Shown here piece after piece: positions 8,675 to 17,886 of a stretch of DNA of 64,000 nucleotides. Position numbers and translations under genes: made by a program. The DNA comes from a virus (taxonomy: Duplodnaviria; Heunggongvirae; Uroviricota; Caudoviricetes), in IMG/VR virus record IMGVR_UViG_3300043399_000371, positions 36,285 to 100,284 of that record; one strand, written 5' to 3'. Within the stretch, counting starts at the first letter, position 1, and the number at the start of each line of letters is the position of its first letter. The notes below the pieces were generated by a model. The model was not told the origin of the DNA and searched no databases. It saw only the letters and a program-made list of their open reading frames with translations.

Positions 8675-9759
8675 TCTGTTTTTTCCATATTCAATGCTTC
8701 AATATAAATTTCTCTCATAATACTTTTCAACTTATCTGGATCGACATTAATGTTTTGTTGATCTATAAACTTTGTGATAATTGAAAGATTATCTTCTGCC
8801 TGATCAACATCAGTATCGTCCTCTGCTTGTTCTTCGTCCTTCTCGGTGAAATCTTCTACGATACCAATATCACAGACTCCTGCTTTATAAAAGTTATCAA
8901 CAACGAAATCGAAAAGGTATGGATCTTTCTTGTTCAAAGTTACGATCTTGATGTATGTGTCTTTCTTGGATTCATAGTCATAATTTTTCCAGAATGTCAT
9001 ATCATTAACAGTATCGTCATATGTAATTTTATGAAACATCTGATATGGATTTTTGATGAATTCAAGTTCACGTTTTTCTGGATCAAAAATGTGGAATCCT
9101 CGTTCATCATTCCAGTCGGACCATGTTAGTTCATAAGGTGTTCCAACATAGTACACATGACCGTCATCTGACTTGTGGTGAAAGTGACCAGACAACACCA
9201 TATCATATTTCATTAAGTCTTTCTTGCTTAGATGACCACCACGAAACACATTTCCACGATCCATCTCAAAACCATCAAGTTCGAAATGGCCGACACATAT
9301 TTGGGATCGACTATTCTTGATCTTGTCTAGAATTTCTTTTTCGTTCTCTTCACATATCCAAGGAATGACATCAATAGGAATTCCACTAGCAATACCAATT
9401 TTTTCAAAATCTCTGAAAATTTTGATGTTGTCATAACCATCTAATAGAAGGAGTGGTGAATTTACTTCTAATGTATTCTTAAATGAAACATCATGATTGC
9501 CCAAAAGAGCAAATAATCTGATTTCATATTTCTTCAGTTTATCGAAAAACATTTTCCGTGAATGATACAGAGAATTGAAATTCACAAACTTTCTTCTGTC
9601 AAACAAATCACCAAGCTGAATTACGGTGTCGATACCTCTTGAGATCAACTCTGGGAAAAATACGTTATCATAAAACTTCTCATAATAACGTAAAAAGTCT
9701 AGGGAATCTCCACGTACTCCAAAATGTGTATCACCAAGAATAGCTATTTTATTGCTCAT
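8671..9759 (-). CDS. gp47: recombination endonuclease subunit, Mre11/SbcD-like
   Basis: Metallophosphoesterase motifs GDTHFG, LGDLFD, GNHD, GHFE, SGHFH. Confidence 0.96.
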   Translation of the reverse strand: MSNKIAILGDTHFGVRGDSLDFLRYYEKFYDNVFFPELISRGIDTVIQLGDLFDRRKFVNFNSLYHSRKMFFDKLKKYEIRLFALLGNHDVSFKNTLEVNSPLLLLDGYDNIKIFRDFEKIGIASGIPIDVIPWICEENEKEILDKIKNSRSQICVGHFELDGFEMDRGNVFRGGHLSKKDLMKYDMVLSGHFHHKSDDGHVYYVGTPYELTWSDWNDERGFHIFDPEKRELEFIKNPYQMFHKITYDDTVNDMTFWKNYDYESKKDTYIKIVTLNKKDPYLFDFVVDNFYKAGVCDIGIVEDFTEKDEEQAEDDTDVDQAEDNLSIITKFIDQQNINVDPDKLKSIMREIYIEALNMEKTE

Positions 9760-10303
9760 CGTCTAATTCCAAATTAGTTTCTTCTTCAATAAATTTTTCA
9801 ATACCCTTTAAGGTTTTCTTCTTTTTGTTTTTCTTATTCTCTTCAAATGTTTGAATGAATTCTGAAATATTATCGTATAGTTGGAATTGACTCATATTAC
9901 CATCTTCATCTTCATACATTTCGCCTTCATCCAAAATACCAAACTGTTCTGTAGCTTTATACTTGATATATAATTGTTTCTTTTCTCTTGTGATTCGACG
10001 GAGAAACGCATAGTAGATTATTTGGGTGAAATATGCAAAAGGATTATCTGACTTATTTGGATCAAAGTTTCTGAAGTACATAATACAATTTTCGACACCA
10101 TCAGAAATCATTTCATCCCTAAACGAATATGATACAAAGTTTGGTTTACGGGAAAGGTGTTCAGCGATCTTCAAGAAACACGAACCAATGTAATTTGGAA
10201 TTGGTGGGTCTTGTAAATTATTATTCTGTGCTTCAACGCATTTGGTTTTATAGTCAATTAATGCATTTAAAAATTCTGTGTTGTCAATGTAATGATTGCT
10301 CAT
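9749..10303 (-). CDS. gp55: late-transcription sigma factor
   Basis: HYIDN.EFL, YIGSCFLKIAEHLSRKPNF, EMISDGVENC, NPFAYFTQIIYYAFLRRI. Confidence 0.96.
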   Translation of the reverse strand: MSNHYIDNTEFLNALIDYKTKCVEAQNNNLQDPPIPNYIGSCFLKIAEHLSRKPNFVSYSFRDEMISDGVENCIMYFRNFDPNKSDNPFAYFTQIIYYAFLRRITREKKQLYIKYKATEQFGILDEGEMYEDEDGNMSQFQLYDNISEFIQTFEENKKNKKKKTLKGIEKFIEEETNLELDDEQ

Positions 10304-10322
10304 AGTCTACTCTCCATTTTTT

Positions 10323-10345
10323 ATTATACTACCACAACTTTGTGG
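10323..10345 (-). promoter_or_regulatory. putative -10 box (TATAAT) of gene 55 with upstream palindrome
   Basis: TATAAT at 10328-10323; CCACAA-N2-TTGTGG IR at 10332-10345; no canonical -35. Confidence 0.45.
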
Positions 10346-10385
10346 AGAAATCACCAGATAGACCTCATGTTTGCCCAAATGTGCA

Positions 10386-10414
10386 TTGACTTCCCTCTTG
10401 ACAAAGTATAGAAT
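10386..10414 (+). promoter_or_regulatory. antisense-oriented sigma70-like promoter
   Basis: TTGACT (10386-10391), 17 nt, TAGAAT (10409-10414). Points into minus-strand genes; no plus-strand gene follows. Confidence 0.5.
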
Positions 10415-10440
10415 TCTGGGTGTCAGGGATGAAATGATAC

Positions 10441-10896
10441 TTAATGTAATAACTTATTACTAGTTTCTACATTAATTATCTGATCTTCCGTATCAAAAGA
10501 ATCATCGTTTTCTGATTCATCATATGACATAATTTTATTTTGATCCATTTCCATCTTCTCAAGTTTTTCTTTTAAGACTTGAATATTCTCGTCATAGTAT
10601 TTGATCAATTTATCTTTTGGTTCTATGATTGTCAAAACATTGTTTTTTGAAATTATAGCTTTATTCTCTTCAATGAACTCTACTGGTAGCCAAGGCAATA
10701 AAACCATAATACTACCAACTTCTGTTCTTTTGAAAATCATATGTAATGGTTCTGTGATGATGAATGAATCTTCATCTTCAAGGATTGATCCTATAAGATC
10801 CTCACCCGATAACAACCGTATAACTTTTACACCAAAAGGGTCATCTATTTTTGAGGTCGATTGGGTAGAATTTGTATTCGAATTTTTCTTCATCAT
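10441..10896 (-). CDS. conserved T4-like hypothetical, Sm-like fold suspected; start uncertain
   Basis: VKVIRLLSGEDLIG...IITEP...LLPWLP...VLTIIEP.DKLIKYY pattern downstream of uvsW; acidic tail. Confidence 0.65.
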   Translation of the reverse strand: MMKKNSNTNSTQSTSKIDDPFGVKVIRLLSGEDLIGSILEDEDSFIITEPLHMIFKRTEVGSIMVLLPWLPVEFIEENKAIISKNNVLTIIEPKDKLIKYYDENIQVLKEKLEKMEMDQNKIMSYDESENDDSFDTEDQIINVETSNKLLH

Positions 10897-12304
10897 ATAT
10901 TTTAACTCTTTCAATAAAATGTTTTAAGGTGTGGTTTGTATGTTTTCCAACTTTCAGATCATCAGCTATATCATAGAGTGTAGCCATTTCTTTGTTGTTG
11001 CCCAATCTTAAAGATCTTCCTATCGATTGTAGATTACGAATTCGTGACTTTGAAGGTGAGGCGAACACAATATTATGTAGGTTGTTGATATTAACGCCGC
11101 GAGAAAAAGTGCCATAAGAAGCAATGATAATCGAATCTGTTTCTTTTTCAACGATTGCTCTGATCTCTTCTCTGACCTCAACATCTGTATCACCATAGAC
11201 AAAAAATACATTTCTTTCTTTAGCCTTTTCTTTTATTAGTTCGTACAATTCTTTTCCGTGTTTCTCAACGAATTGGAAAAGAACCAGAGAATTTCCTTTA
11301 AGGGAAACTGTTAAATTCTTGATGAAATCGTTTCTTGCCTTATTCCTAACCAAAAAATCTATTTCTTTTTGATAGTCTTGTGATTTCATTTCCTTACAAA
11401 CTTCAGCAGGATATTTCAAAACCAAACATTTAATTTTGAACTTTGAAAGTTGTCCCTTCTGAATCAACTCTGTTGTTGTGGTTGATTTGTGTACCATACC
11501 AAACAATCCTTCAAGAACAAGCTTGTGTGTGTTTGTTCCATCGAGTGTTCCGGTTGTTCCTATTCTGTAGTCACAATTTACACAACTTGAAAGAATTGTG
11601 GTTAATGACTTTGCCTTGAATTCGTGTGCTTCGTCACCGATAATAAAATCAAATTGATGAAAGTATTTTTCTTTTAGTGTATACAGACTTTGCCATGTCG
11701 AGATATAGAGAAACTTGTCAGAATCTTTTTCTTGACCACCATATATTTTATGACAGTATTCATCAGAGTCATAACCATAATTTTTAAAGTCTTTATACAT
11801 CTGAGACACAAGAGAAATACTCGGAACCAAAAGCAATCCTTTTTGTTTGGTTTTCTGAAGGTATCGAATTATCAAGTATATGATTAATGATTTACCAGAA
11901 CCAGTTGGAGAAAGAATCAAAATGCGTTTGTGGTTTATGCTTGTCACAAACGCATTCAACTGATAATCTCTTACTTCAAATGGTATGTTCAAAGTGGATA
12001 TGAATTCTTTTGCTTCTTCTACTGTTAACCTCTGTTCTGGTTTTTCAGTATTGGTTTTTACTTTATATCCTCTTTCTAAACAAAAAGTTTCGATATAAGG
12101 AACCAACCCATAATAAATTGTATTGGTTCGTATATCGAATAGACGAATCTTTCCATCCCAGAGTTTATTCTTAAACGCTGGCATAAACTTGTATCCGGGA
12201 ACATAGAATTCGAAATACACGGAAAGTTCTTGTGCTATTCCACGATCACATTCTATTTTGACAAAAGCCTCATTCTTTTTGTTTATTACAATATCATATA
12301 CCAT
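10841..12304 (-). CDS. uvsW: UvsW SF2 DNA helicase
   Basis: VRDYQ, SPTGSGKS, DEAH, GTTGT, LQSIGRSLR; follows uvsY. Confidence 0.96.
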   Translation of the reverse strand: MVYDIVINKKNEAFVKIECDRGIAQELSVYFEFYVPGYKFMPAFKNKLWDGKIRLFDIRTNTIYYGLVPYIETFCLERGYKVKTNTEKPEQRLTVEEAKEFISTLNIPFEVRDYQLNAFVTSINHKRILILSPTGSGKSLIIYLIIRYLQKTKQKGLLLVPSISLVSQMYKDFKNYGYDSDEYCHKIYGGQEKDSDKFLYISTWQSLYTLKEKYFHQFDFIIGDEAHEFKAKSLTTILSSCVNCDYRIGTTGTLDGTNTHKLVLEGLFGMVHKSTTTTELIQKGQLSKFKIKCLVLKYPAEVCKEMKSQDYQKEIDFLVRNKARNDFIKNLTVSLKGNSLVLFQFVEKHGKELYELIKEKAKERNVFFVYGDTDVEVREEIRAIVEKETDSIIIASYGTFSRGVNINNLHNIVFASPSKSRIRNLQSIGRSLRLGNNKEMATLYDIADDLKVGKHTNHTLKHFIERVKIYDEEKFEYKFYPIDLKNR

Positions 12305-12731
12305 TTACAAATTTTTCCCAATCTATCATAGATCTTAATTGATAAGTTCTGCTGTTTAATTCTTTTAGTATTGATTGACACACATCAACGATTTCATCAT
12401 GTACTGCTTTCTGCGCGACATACTTATTGATGTCATCGTCGCTTTCAAGATATGTGCTTATTTCTGATTTGAGTACAAAAGGAAATGGTTCCCATCCCCT
12501 TTTCTTTAGAGTCTCATCATCTAATTTGCCTGTATAATATTCCCACTTCAACTTCTTCATCTTTGTGTATCTGAACTCAGATTCTTTTGAAAGCATTCTG
12601 TGTCTGGACAAAATCTGAAGATATTTTGCGTGTAGTTTTGGAATATCTAGTAAAGCTTTTCCGGGTTCTGTTCTATCAATTTCACAATCATTTTTCCACA
12701 TGGTCATTAATTCTTCAAGTTGTTCCATCAT
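12294..12731 (-). CDS. uvsY: recombination mediator UvsY
   Basis: W..D..ID......LDIPKLHAKYL, WEYYTGK, YLESDDDI, RTYQLRSMIDW; synteny with uvsW. Confidence 0.92.
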   Translation of the reverse strand: MMEQLEELMTMWKNDCEIDRTEPGKALLDIPKLHAKYLQILSRHRMLSKESEFRYTKMKKLKWEYYTGKLDDETLKKRGWEPFPFVLKSEISTYLESDDDINKYVAQKAVHDEIVDVCQSILKELNSRTYQLRSMIDWEKFVNGI

Positions 12732-12743
12732 ATAAACTCCATA

Positions 12744-13277
12744 TTAATTTATTCGTTCAATATCGTACCAAGAATATCTAAAGGTTGCATCTGCTGTGAT
12801 AATAACTTCTGGCGATTCTGTCATGCTCAATGGGAATGAAGAAACGGAAGTTGGGAAAATATCAACGAACTTAATATTATATAGTGGTTGATTTGCAGAA
12901 GAAAGAATAGTAAGTGTTGCAAATGAAAATTGTTCTTGTACAGGATTAAAATATGGTCTTCCTATATTTGTTAAGTTTCGATATTCAGCAAAGTCGGTTG
13001 GGAAACCCATACCACGAATCCAATCATGGACTTCGATCCATGCTTTCAATTCTTCATCAACAATAAATGTAACGTTCAAAATATCATATGATATCTTTTC
13101 TCCGGGAGAATATAGATCAACGAATGGGTTTGTTTTACCAACTTCCCCAATTGATACTCCGGGAAAAATTACAGATTGACAAAAATATTGAATGTTTGGT
13201 AATCTTGAAAAATGTAATTGAAACTTATTAGGATGCAATACATTTGGATTGCTTGGTATTCTTGTTAAAAATGACAT
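12744..13277 (-). CDS. gp3: tail completion / tube terminator protein
   Basis: NPNVLHPNKFQL, YFCQSV.FPG, PGEKISY..L.VTFIVDEEL.AW.EVHDWI, ATFRY. Start at MSFLTR with GGAG SD. Confidence 0.85.
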   Translation of the reverse strand: MSFLTRIPSNPNVLHPNKFQLHFSRLPNIQYFCQSVIFPGVSIGEVGKTNPFVDLYSPGEKISYDILNVTFIVDEELKAWIEVHDWIRGMGFPTDFAEYRNLTNIGRPYFNPVQEQFSFATLTILSSANQPLYNIKFVDIFPTSVSSFPLSMTESPEVIITADATFRYSWYDIERIN

Positions 13278-13294
13278 TAAATAACTCCTTTCCA

Positions 13295-13951
13295 CTATTT
13301 ATCAATTTTAATACAAGTCCATCCTTTATGTTTGCCCCTAGACATATTACCTTGATCTAAATTATTTTCTTTACAGAATTTTCTAAGATTGTGTATAATA
13401 TAGATTTGTCCGTTTGGGGTAGTGATTTGCCAAATTTTTGATAATGCTTTTGATACTTTTTCTTTTTGGGATTCTGGTTGTGGTATTCCTGTACGCCTTG
13501 ACTTGTCTATATGCTCTTGTGTCAATTTTTTTCCTTTTTTAGCATCACTCATTTTTTGTTTCGACTCTTCGCTGTATTTGAAACTTTTTCTAAATGCGCT
13601 TACAAGTTCACCATGACCTTCTGGTTTGGGAATACCTTTAAGTTTGTCGCTAATTTTTCTTTTAGTTTCTTCAGATGTAATATAACCAATTGTCGTATCT
13701 CCACCATCTGTTCTATTTAATAATATTCCAGTACCAGTATCTTTACGTCCATACCACCTAATATAAAAACGCTCCAATGACAAAGCACCTAATTCGGTTA
13801 AATCAGATTCCATTATAACAATTTTAGATTTGTCTTTTGGTACAGACACATTATGGTCTTTACTCCATGCTCTTTTGTTCTTGCCTTTACCAATATAGTA
13901 TGGTGTGTTATCGGACTTTCTCAAATAAGCGTAGATATAATAAATTAACAT
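13295..13951 (-). mobile_element. free-standing GIY-YIG homing endonuclease with NUMOD3 repeats
   Basis: [37 protein letters not shown]; two NUMOD3-like repeats ([20 protein letters not shown]). Inserted between genes 23 and 3. Confidence 0.9.
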
Positions 13952-13989
13952 ATAATTACCTTTAAGTTTCATAACTATATGTATTTATA
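13949..13989 (-). promoter_or_regulatory. late promoter TATAAATA plus start-codon-sequestering hairpin
   Basis: TATAAATA at 13989-13982 directly followed by stem CATATAGTTA/TAATTATATG (13981-13972/13958-13949), which contains the ATG. Confidence 0.72.
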
Positions 13990-13991
13990 AT

Positions 13992-14022
13992 AAAAAAAGA
14001 GAGTAAACCGAAATTTACTCTC
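13992..14022 (-). terminator. intrinsic terminator after gene 23
   Basis: GAGAGTAAA-TTTCGG-TTTACTCTC followed by a T7 run (UUCG-containing loop). Confidence 0.88.
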
Positions 14023-14079
14023 CGAAAAATAAAGGATTTGTTATTATTATTATAAAATCCCTTATGAATCAACTACTTA

Positions 14080-15402
14080 TCACATGAGATTGCTGATTTT
14101 GAACGCTCTGTAATAGAAGTTGCTTTGTGCAGTCAATGCACCTGATCCCTGACTTGTACCACCAGCAAATGGATTAGCAACTAGACCATAACGGGTCTTG
14201 AAGCCAATCTTTGGTTGGAAGTTACCAGTATCAACGGCACGAACCATCTGTAATGGAACGTATGGGCAATAGAACATACCTGAATCGTATGCATTTGCAC
14301 CTTTGTAACCGATTACAGCAAATTCACGGGCAGAAGAAACTGGAGCGTATGGATCGATGTAGACCTTGATACGACCGAATAGAGTACCAGCAAAAGTATT
14401 ACCAGTATCATCAACAGTTAGGTTAACTTGACCTTGTAGTGCTGATTGATAGTCTAGAATACCTGCCATAGCTAGGGCTGAAGCAACATCAGATGATACG
14501 ATCATGATGTTACCTTTTCCTCTACGAGTTGTCTTTGCGATAGTGTTAGCTTCGCGCTCGATTTGGAATGCTAGACCCTTAACTTTTTCAACCATCCAAC
14601 GACCATTTGAGTCGGTGTCTAGGTCGAATGTACCGGCAGTTGTAGTACCAACTTGGCAACCTGTCTTAGCAATACCGTAAATTGTACGAACAACTTCACG
14701 GTTGATTTCAGCTAGAATCTCTGAACTTAGAATGTTGCTTAGTTCAGTTTCAGCATCTAGACCATGAACTGCTTTTAGGTCTTGTGCTAGTTCTAGTGAG
14801 TATTCGGCTTTTAGGGCGCGAGTCTTAGCAGTAACAGTAACCTTCTCGATTGAGAATCCCATTTCTTGGAATGTTAGGTCTTCTGCTGTTGCTGTTGGCA
14901 TACCAGTACCAGTTGTTAGTGCGGCAAATGTAGCTGCTGTGTTTGCTGCAACGTCAACTGCTAGTGCGCTATGAGTATTGGCACCTGCGAACTGAGTATT
15001 TGCTTCATTGAAGAATGCTTCTACACCAGTTGAAGGAACGCGATCAGTACCATACATAGTACGCATTGCGAAGATTAGACCAGTAGGACCAGTCATTGGC
15101 TGAACGCCGCAAACATCATATGCGATTAGGTTTGGTAGTGAACGACGAACCAAGCTGATTAGGATTGGGTCGAAACCAGCAACTGGACCTGTTGAAGTTG
15201 CACCACCACTAAAACCACCAGTACCAGCAGAGTTAGTTGGGGTTGCTTCATTTAGAATTGATGAAGCTTTTGACATTTCCTGTGCTTGGTTTTCTAGAAT
15301 TACGGCAGTAACTGCTTTACGATATGGGTCTGCAATTGCTGGTAGTTCTGGATGGTCGAGAACTGCTGACCATTTGCTTTGTAGTTGTTCGGACAAATAC
15401 AT
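14080..15402 (-). CDS. gp23: major capsid protein
   Basis: KWSAVLDH, ILENQ, FDPILISLVRR, GVQPMTGPTGLIFAMR, AKTRALKAEYSLELAQDLKAVHGLDAE, YCPYVPL, QPKIGFKTRYG. Confidence 0.98.
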   Translation of the reverse strand: MYLSEQLQSKWSAVLDHPELPAIADPYRKAVTAVILENQAQEMSKASSILNEATPTNSAGTGGFSGGATSTGPVAGFDPILISLVRRSLPNLIAYDVCGVQPMTGPTGLIFAMRTMYGTDRVPSTGVEAFFNEANTQFAGANTHSALAVDVAANTAATFAALTTGTGMPTATAEDLTFQEMGFSIEKVTVTAKTRALKAEYSLELAQDLKAVHGLDAETELSNILSSEILAEINREVVRTIYGIAKTGCQVGTTTAGTFDLDTDSNGRWMVEKVKGLAFQIEREANTIAKTTRRGKGNIMIVSSDVASALAMAGILDYQSALQGQVNLTVDDTGNTFAGTLFGRIKVYIDPYAPVSSAREFAVIGYKGANAYDSGMFYCPYVPLQMVRAVDTGNFQPKIGFKTRYGLVANPFAGGTSQGSGALTAQSNFYYRAFKISNLM

Positions 15403-15428
15403 TTATATCTCCTTAGATTATTTTTTAC

Positions 15429-16427
15429 TTAAAATGGTTTTGTTTTAGAAATTGCTTTTGAAACTGCTGCAACGAATGGATCGGCAGGAGCAACTGCTTT
15501 CACATCGTCTTCAACGGTTTCATGTAATTGTGAAACATCAGCTTTCTTTACATTCGATGGGAAATAGTTCTCACGAATTGTCTCAAGCTTTTCTTTGTAT
15601 TCGTCCTCTGTGGAGAATTCTACACTCTCTGCGAGTGCTTTAATTTTTTCTGCTTGAGTTGCTGTTAAACCTTCACAAATATCGCGTGTGATTTCTGTCT
15701 TGCGTGATTCGATTAGTGCTTTACGATATTCGATACCACGTTCGATTTCTTCATCCAACTTGCTTTCAAGCTGAACGACTTTTTCTGATAGTTCATCAAC
15801 TAGATTTACTTTATCTTCTGGAACATCGATATAATGTTCAGCAAATAGATTTCTCAATCCAGAAATAAACTCTTCAGAAAGTTCTGTACGAAGACCGTTA
15901 TCGATTGCTAGTTGATTCTCATCCATCCATTGTTCAACAACATATGAAAGGTAATCATCAATCTTCTGTGATAGATCTTCTTGAATTTGTGTAACTGCTT
16001 CTTCTAACATTGAAGCATATTTTGATTCCATTTCTTCTTGAATTTGCATAACCTTATCGTTTAAGCGAGCCTCAAAAATTGTTGCTGCTTTCTGTTTAAA
16101 GTCTTCAGAAATGTATTCGTTATCTTCAAAAATAGCATCAATATCTTCTGTGCTTGTTTCTTCTTTCTTCAAATGATCAACAACTTTAGCTGATGCTGCT
16201 GATGCCTTTGTTGAGATTGAAGATTTGTTTTGACCAGAAGTATCCTTTGAACCTTTTTCTGTATGGATTTTTTCTGAGTCATCTGTTGGTTTACCATTAA
16301 ATGGTGTTGGCCCGCCCAAATCTACAGCATCTGCACCGGGAAGTTTTTCTGCTGGCATTGCTGTTGCTTTGCTTTTGCTTCCAGATAGGATATCTGCTGC
16401 GGCTTCCATTAATTTATTTGTTGACAT
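15429..16427 (-). CDS. gp22: prohead core scaffold protein
   Basis: Acidic coiled coil, FKQKAATIFEA, IDDYLSYVVEQW, GLRNLFAEHYIDVP; lies between 21 and 23. Confidence 0.93.
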   Translation of the reverse strand: MSTNKLMEAAADILSGSKSKATAMPAEKLPGADAVDLGGPTPFNGKPTDDSEKIHTEKGSKDTSGQNKSSISTKASAASAKVVDHLKKEETSTEDIDAIFEDNEYISEDFKQKAATIFEARLNDKVMQIQEEMESKYASMLEEAVTQIQEDLSQKIDDYLSYVVEQWMDENQLAIDNGLRTELSEEFISGLRNLFAEHYIDVPEDKVNLVDELSEKVVQLESKLDEEIERGIEYRKALIESRKTEITRDICEGLTATQAEKIKALAESVEFSTEDEYKEKLETIRENYFPSNVKKADVSQLHETVEDDVKAVAPADPFVAAVSKAISKTKPF

Positions 16428-16451
16428 TTAGGAATCTCCTTGTGATATCTT

Positions 16452-16459
16452 TATTTATA
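16452..16459 (-). promoter_or_regulatory. T4 late promoter
   Basis: Exact TATAAATA about 25 nt upstream of the gene 22 ATG. Confidence 0.8.
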
Positions 16460-16462
16460 AAA

Positions 16463-17113
16463 TTAAAGTTTTCGTAAATATTGTTCAAAAAGCTTTAGCG
16501 CAATAGTTTCAACTTGGGCACTAGATGCTTCTTTAATCATTCTTTTTGCATTATCGAAGTCTTTTTCGGTATACTTACCATCAACGATAACCCATTCTTT
16601 ATTTTCCATGATGCCATTAACAAAAGCACCGGGGGCGGATGGATCTGCAACAACATCTGCTGCTGTAGCCAACCTTAAATCGTCTTGGACTAAGTTATAA
16701 CCTTCTTTGGTCATAGTTAAAGAACCCAAGGCGCGTGATGAAACTCCTAGGTTTACACCACTCTCAATTAGGTTTTTCACTATTTGACCATAAGGTGTTT
16801 CTAATACTAAAGCTTTGCCTCTGAATGTATTACCTTCTTCTTTTAGAGAAACGATTTTAATACAGGCTCGCTCTAGGTTTAATGATGGTGTATCTGGATG
16901 ACCTAGTTCACCCAAAGCACGATTTGTTTTGATATATTCTTCATTATATCTACCAACTTCGCGTCTTAGTGTGTCCATTTTATACATTCTATTATTTCTA
17001 TTAACAGCATCACCAACTAAGAATGTTCCTTCGATGAAAAGCTTTTTCTTTCCGTTTTCTGATGCTTCTGTTAAATATTGAATGTCATCAATAGTTTCTG
17101 TTATTAGTTTCAT
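16463..17113 (-). CDS. gp21: prohead protease
   Basis: FIEGTFL, NRNNRMY, RALGELGHP, GVSSRALGS, ADVVADPSAPGAFV. Confidence 0.96.
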   Translation of the reverse strand: MKLITETIDDIQYLTEASENGKKKLFIEGTFLVGDAVNRNNRMYKMDTLRREVGRYNEEYIKTNRALGELGHPDTPSLNLERACIKIVSLKEEGNTFRGKALVLETPYGQIVKNLIESGVNLGVSSRALGSLTMTKEGYNLVQDDLRLATAADVVADPSAPGAFVNGIMENKEWVIVDGKYTEKDFDNAKRMIKEASSAQVETIALKLFEQYLRKL

Positions 17114-17114
17114 T

Positions 17115-17468
17115 TTAGATACCTACTAATGGTGTGTTATATGTTGTGTCTTTTGTTACTTCCATTACAACTGTTCCACCAGAAGTAACAGTAATAACGA
17201 TTGCTGATGTTTGGTTTTTACTTACTACATGACCAATTTCAGAGAAACGCATATCGCCGCCACCAAATAGTTCCAATAAAACTTCTCCATTTCTTGCGAT
17301 TGTTATGCTGCCATTTGTAGTCCACATAACTCTCTTAATAGATGCAGAATTAACAGTTTCTACTGATACGTTTGATGATAGATTAGCTAATTGTATTGTT
17401 GATGTTCCTGCACCTGTATATCTGATAATAGAGGCGGAACGTAATGAATTTGTAATTTCTTGTGCCAT
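17115..17468 (-). CDS. hypothetical beta-rich protein in the prohead operon
   Basis: Tightly packed between 68 and 21 (1-nt gaps). Confidence 0.7.
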   Translation of the reverse strand: MAQEITNSLRSASIIRYTGAGTSTIQLANLSSNVSVETVNSASIKRVMWTTNGSITIARNGEVLLELFGGGDMRFSEIGHVVSKNQTSAIVITVTSGGTVVMEVTKDTTYNTPLVGI

Positions 17469-17469
17469 T

Positions 17470-17886
17470 TTATCTTAGTCCTAAAGAATATCTTCTACGC
17501 ATTGACATTTTACGTTTTAATAATGTTCTCGACAGTCTAGCCCTTCTTGACGATTTCCATTGTCTTTTAAGAGCCTGTGATCTACGCATTCTGTCATATG
17601 CGGAAATTCGTTTTATAGATCTACCAGAAACCATATATCCTTTTATGGCCGATCTAGTTCTATTTGTTTGAACTATAATTCTACCTTTGGCGTCTCTTCT
17701 GACACGTTTTCTTATTTTATGAATCCTACCCATCCTTACGATGTTATGATTCTCTTCAAGTTGTTCAAGAGCAATATATTGTTTAGCCTCATCAAGATAA
17801 TTCATAGACTTTTCTGTTAGTCTTTTGTATATGAGATCTTTCGCCTCTTGTAATTTATTTTCTATTAATAGATTTATAATATTCAT
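17470..17886 (-). CDS. gp68: prohead core protein gp68-like
   Basis: Acidic N-terminus, very Arg/Lys-rich C-half ending KRKMSMRRRYSLGLR; position before 21. Confidence 0.75.
   Translation of the reverse strand: MNIINLLIENKLQEAKDLIYKRLTEKSMNYLDEAKQYIALEQLEENHNIVRMGRIHKIRKRVRRDAKGRIIVQTNRTRSAIKGYMVSGRSIKRISAYDRMRRSQALKRQWKSSRRARLSRTLLKRKMSMRRRYSLGLR

Noticed and set aside
14030-14075. Weak second hairpin with (TTA)n run after gene 23
   Set aside because: Only about 6 Watson-Crick pairs in very AT-rich sequence; cannot be distinguished from chance.
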